Below, one piece after another: positions 61,371-64,000 of a stretch of DNA of 64,000 bases. Made by a program: the position numbers and the translations under genes. The number at the start of each line of letters is the position of its first letter. Within the stretch, counting starts at the first letter, position 1. Source of the stretch: an uncultured bacterium. GTDB taxonomy: Bacteria; Babelota; Babeliae; Babelales; Vermiphilaceae. The stretch covers positions 1,216,001 through 1,280,000 of the forward strand of contig OY970212.1 of assembly GCA_963713925.1 (NCBI GenBank), given 5' to 3'. Below the pieces are notes generated by a model. It did not search any database. It was not told where the DNA came from and saw nothing but the letters and a program-made list of their open reading frames with translations.

Positions 61371-61564
61371 AATCAATTTTTAACATACAAGGGTTGGCTG
61401 TCAAGAGGCACTTGTTTCAGCAACTTGTCCGCCGTAGCTTACCAATCCTGAAAGCCTGGATAAGCGAAGGCTGGATCCATGTTAAGTAGATCCTGAAATA
61501 AATTCAGGATGACATAGCAATAAGGAACTTTCGGGATTTTCGGATAAGCTCTTAGATGAGCGCT

Positions 61565-61912
61565 TCATTTTCCGTACTGCTTAAAAATGGCACCCTTATA
61601 TCCTTCAACAGGAACATCTCGAGGCGCTTTGAAAACCGAACTTATTAACAATATTTCCTTCGACGCGTTGATCGGAAGCATAGAACCTTTATAAGTCCAT
61701 GAATCGTACATTGGATGTGTTCCTGAACGTACGCGCGTTGCTGATTGCATGCTTAATTTAATGATGCACGATTGTTTCGGCTCTATCTCAACATCTCCGA
61801 TTTTAACCGTAGCATCACAATCATTTTTAAAGTAGTAACTCTCACTGTCCGATTCTGAGCTGTACAGACTAGCTGTTGCAATAGTAAAAGCGAATATAAT
61901 CAGTTTTTTCAT
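61565..61912 (-). CDS. Hypothetical secreted protein
   Basis: AAGGA RBS and MKKLIIFAF signal peptide. Confidence 0.6.
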   Translation of the reverse strand: MKKLIIFAFTIATASLYSSESDSESYYFKNDCDATVKIGDVEIEPKQSCIIKLSMQSATRVRSGTHPMYDSWTYKGSMLPINASKEILLISSVFKAPRDVPVEGYKGAIFKQYGK

Positions 61913-62079
61913 AAATATCCTTAGTCTTAGCAGGGTTTGTTCATCTGAGCATACCGGTATTTATTACAAAGCCAAACGATCAGGTCGGGAGCAAGCTGTA
62001 CAAGCATTGTTTTTAGTCTGCGGAGAATGCTAGGGTAAATTTAGGCAAGAATAATAAAAATTTTTTTATAGGAGAATGT

Positions 62080-62646
62080 ATGAACGGTAACAATAATTTC
62101 TACAGGCCGACACTTGAAGAAATCAAAAAGAACTCCAGTTGGATCATTGGCTTGGGAATCGTTTCCATAATTCTCGGAACGCTTGCCATTATGTTTGCAT
62201 TCACGAGCACCGTGCTTTCAGTCATATTTTTTGGGTGTTTGCTGCTTTCGATAGGCGTTCTTGAAGGAGTTAAGTCATTTACCATTAAGCCATGGGGCAC
62301 CTTTCTACTTCATTTGATTTTAAGCGTGCTATTTGTGGTTGGCGGAATTTCAATTATTTTGTATCCAACCATTAATGCGATCACGTTGACCCTAGTGTTG
62401 GCAGCTTTTCTTGCCGTATCAGGCATTATGAAAATGATCTTTGCCCTCGTAAAGCAAGTTCCTCATAAATTTTGGCTCTTTTTAAATGGAGCTCTTGGGC
62501 TTTTGCTAGCTATTTTGATTTGGAAACAATGGCCATTCTCAGGTTTATGGGTTTTGGGAATGTTTATCGGTATTGATATGATATTCACCGGCTGGACATG
62601 GATCATGTTAGCCCTCGCTGCAAGAAAGAGCGCGCAAGGCAGATAG
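62080..62646 (+). CDS. HdeD/DUF308 membrane protein
   Basis: Six TM helices; WPFSGLWVLGMFIGIDMIFTGW. Confidence 0.88.
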   Translation: MNGNNNFYRPTLEEIKKNSSWIIGLGIVSIILGTLAIMFAFTSTVLSVIFFGCLLLSIGVLEGVKSFTIKPWGTFLLHLILSVLFVVGGISIILYPTINAITLTLVLAAFLAVSGIMKMIFALVKQVPHKFWLFLNGALGLLLAILIWKQWPFSGLWVLGMFIGIDMIFTGWTWIMLALAARKSAQGR

Positions 62647-62774
62647 TTCCTTATTCTTTGTGAGAAATAGGAATGCAACTTCGGGTCCTTGTATTTCAAA
62701 TTGATAAATTACTGATATTTGTTAAAATAAGATATTGTTAATTGACGCAATTCTGAATACAAGGATCTTTTTTT

Positions 62775-63167
62775 ATGCAATTAAACCTCATCGCTTGTGC
62801 AATAACCCTTTTTATTTCAATAGGTTGTATCGCCGCAGATAAATCTGATGAGATGGTTCACGTTTTTGTTCGGGCAAAGCAAAAAAAAGCAAGCCAAACC
62901 GCTCCATTATATGTCGGTCATGAGATATGTGAAGAAGCTTGCGGTTGGCTCTCTAAGATCGCCTCAAAGTCTATTCCCGATCTTCTGATATTTCCGTGCG
63001 CATGTCCCTTTCCATCGTGCAAAAAAAAGCATTCTATGATTATTTTTGGGAGTGAGGGTTATTCTGACTATCTTATGGCTTTGATGAAAAAGTGGGGGGC
63101 AGTGGGTAGTAATCCTCATCAGACAAAAGAGATTGACCTAGAATTATTGGCTCAAATGGGGAAATAA
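62775..63167 (+). CDS. Secreted Cys-motif protein, paralog 1
   Basis: Signal peptide ending CIA-ADKS; ICxxxCxWL and CPxPxCxxxH. Confidence 0.65.
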   Translation: MQLNLIACAITLFISIGCIAADKSDEMVHVFVRAKQKKASQTAPLYVGHEICEEACGWLSKIASKSIPDLLIFPCACPFPSCKKKHSMIIFGSEGYSDYLMALMKKWGAVGSNPHQTKEIDLELLAQMGK

Positions 63168-63175
63168 AGATTTAT

Positions 63176-63583
63176 ATGAATATAAAACTATTGAGTATAA
63201 TGGCCGCTTTCCTTTCAATGATTTGCATTGCGGCGGACAAGTCGTATGAAGACATGGTGCGGGTTTATATTTTTGATCATACAGGCGGCATATACTTTGG
63301 AAAAAATATTTGTGCAGATTCGTGCAAATGGCTTTCTGGAATGATCAAAAAAGATATACCGGATGTTTCCGTAGAACCATGGGAATATAGATGCCCTTCT
63401 CCTCTCTGTAAGACTGTGCATACAGTCGTTACTTTTACAAGCCTGGAAAATCAAAAATCCCTCATGAATAACTTGAAAAAATATGGCGCAATGGAGATGA
63501 ATCCCCAATATAAAGAAAAGACAGAATCGCTCATATTTTATAGCGGATTATCTGAATTGAGCAATAAAGAGAAATATATATAA
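63176..63583 (+). CDS. Secreted Cys-motif protein, paralog 2
   Basis: Same motifs as the upstream gene. Confidence 0.65.
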   Translation: MNIKLLSIMAAFLSMICIAADKSYEDMVRVYIFDHTGGIYFGKNICADSCKWLSGMIKKDIPDVSVEPWEYRCPSPLCKTVHTVVTFTSLENQKSLMNNLKKYGAMEMNPQYKEKTESLIFYSGLSELSNKEKYI

Positions 63584-63757
63584 AGAAGGAGCCGAGTTCT
63601 AAACCGGCTTTTTCCTCTTTTTAAAGACATTTTTTGATCTTTTTATAAAAAAAGTAGTGCAAATTTTGATTTATTCTAAAAAAGGCTTACCTTATGTACT
63701 ATATATAAAAAAGATGTCTCATAGTCTTTTAAAAATCCTTTCATTTTGGGGGCCTTT

Positions 63758-64000
63758 ATGCAGCATAAAAATGAACATTCTCATCAGCATCATGATCATG
63801 ACCATGCACACTTTGATGAACATAGCCACGGTATTCTGGATGAATTGATTCATCACATTCCGTATGCCATTTTTTCAGTGGCATTTTGTCTGATTGTTTT
63901 AAGCTTTTTTGGAAGCCATACTATGCTCCCGGGCGCTGATATTAAGGGGTTCTTAAAGCAAACGCACCGGCTCTTTCATAGTTTCCACTTTATGCATATC
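63758..64000 (+). CDS. His-rich membrane protein, truncated by the window end; possible metal transporter
   Basis: Manual translation MQHKNEHSHQHHDHDHAHFDEHSHG..HHIPYAIFSVAFCLIVLSF..LFHSFHFMHI; not in the ORF track. Confidence 0.7.
   Translation, partial: MQHKNEHSHQHHDHDHAHFDEHSHGILDELIHHIPYAIFSVAFCLIVLSFFGSHTMLPGADIKGFLKQTHRLFHSFHFMHI

Larger units (their letters stand above)
60195..61391 (-). mobile_element. Complete IS110-family element flanked by CT cores (AG on the + strand)
   Basis: Boundaries defined by comparison with the empty repeat copy; imperfect subterminal IRs (GTGTTAAAAGTCAATT / AATCAATTTTTAACAT). Confidence 0.92.
60160..61552 (+). repeat. Family A repeat, copy 3, interrupted by IS110 (halves 60160-60196 and 61390-61552)
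   Basis: Joining the two flanks reconstructs a copy collinear with 37702-37848, plus a 53-bp extra insert. Confidence 0.9.

Noticed and set aside
61161..61376. 71-aa ORF upstream of the IS110 recombinase
   Set aside because: It coincides with the structured bridge RNA and is best explained as non-coding.

Overview
AT-rich bacterial chromosome segment from a diderm organism. The gene content (T2SS-like genes with two secretins, TamB, BamD-like protein, ankyrin proteins, many short secreted orphan genes) suggests a protist-associated bacterium such as Candidatus Dependentiae/Babelota (TM6); this assignment is inference only. Housekeeping genes include aspS, nfo, uvrC, clpB, gpmI, truA, typA, rpsF/rpsR, cdsA, phrB, dcd and eno. 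They are interspersed with a polar amino-acid ABC transporter, a polymorphic toxin/immunity array (20.2-24.1 kb), a bacteriocin-like cassette (57.6-58.7 kb) and several nested palindromic repeat families, some inserted in frame inside genes. The standout is a complete 1.2-kb IS110 element (60195-61391) whose upstream non-coding end can be read directly as a bridge RNA. All four guide segments match its own target flanks and donor junction around a CT core, and circularisation would create a TTGACT-N17-TATGTT promoter. Its target is a ~147-bp host repeat that also has empty copies in this window. No rRNA, tRNA or CRISPR array was seen.
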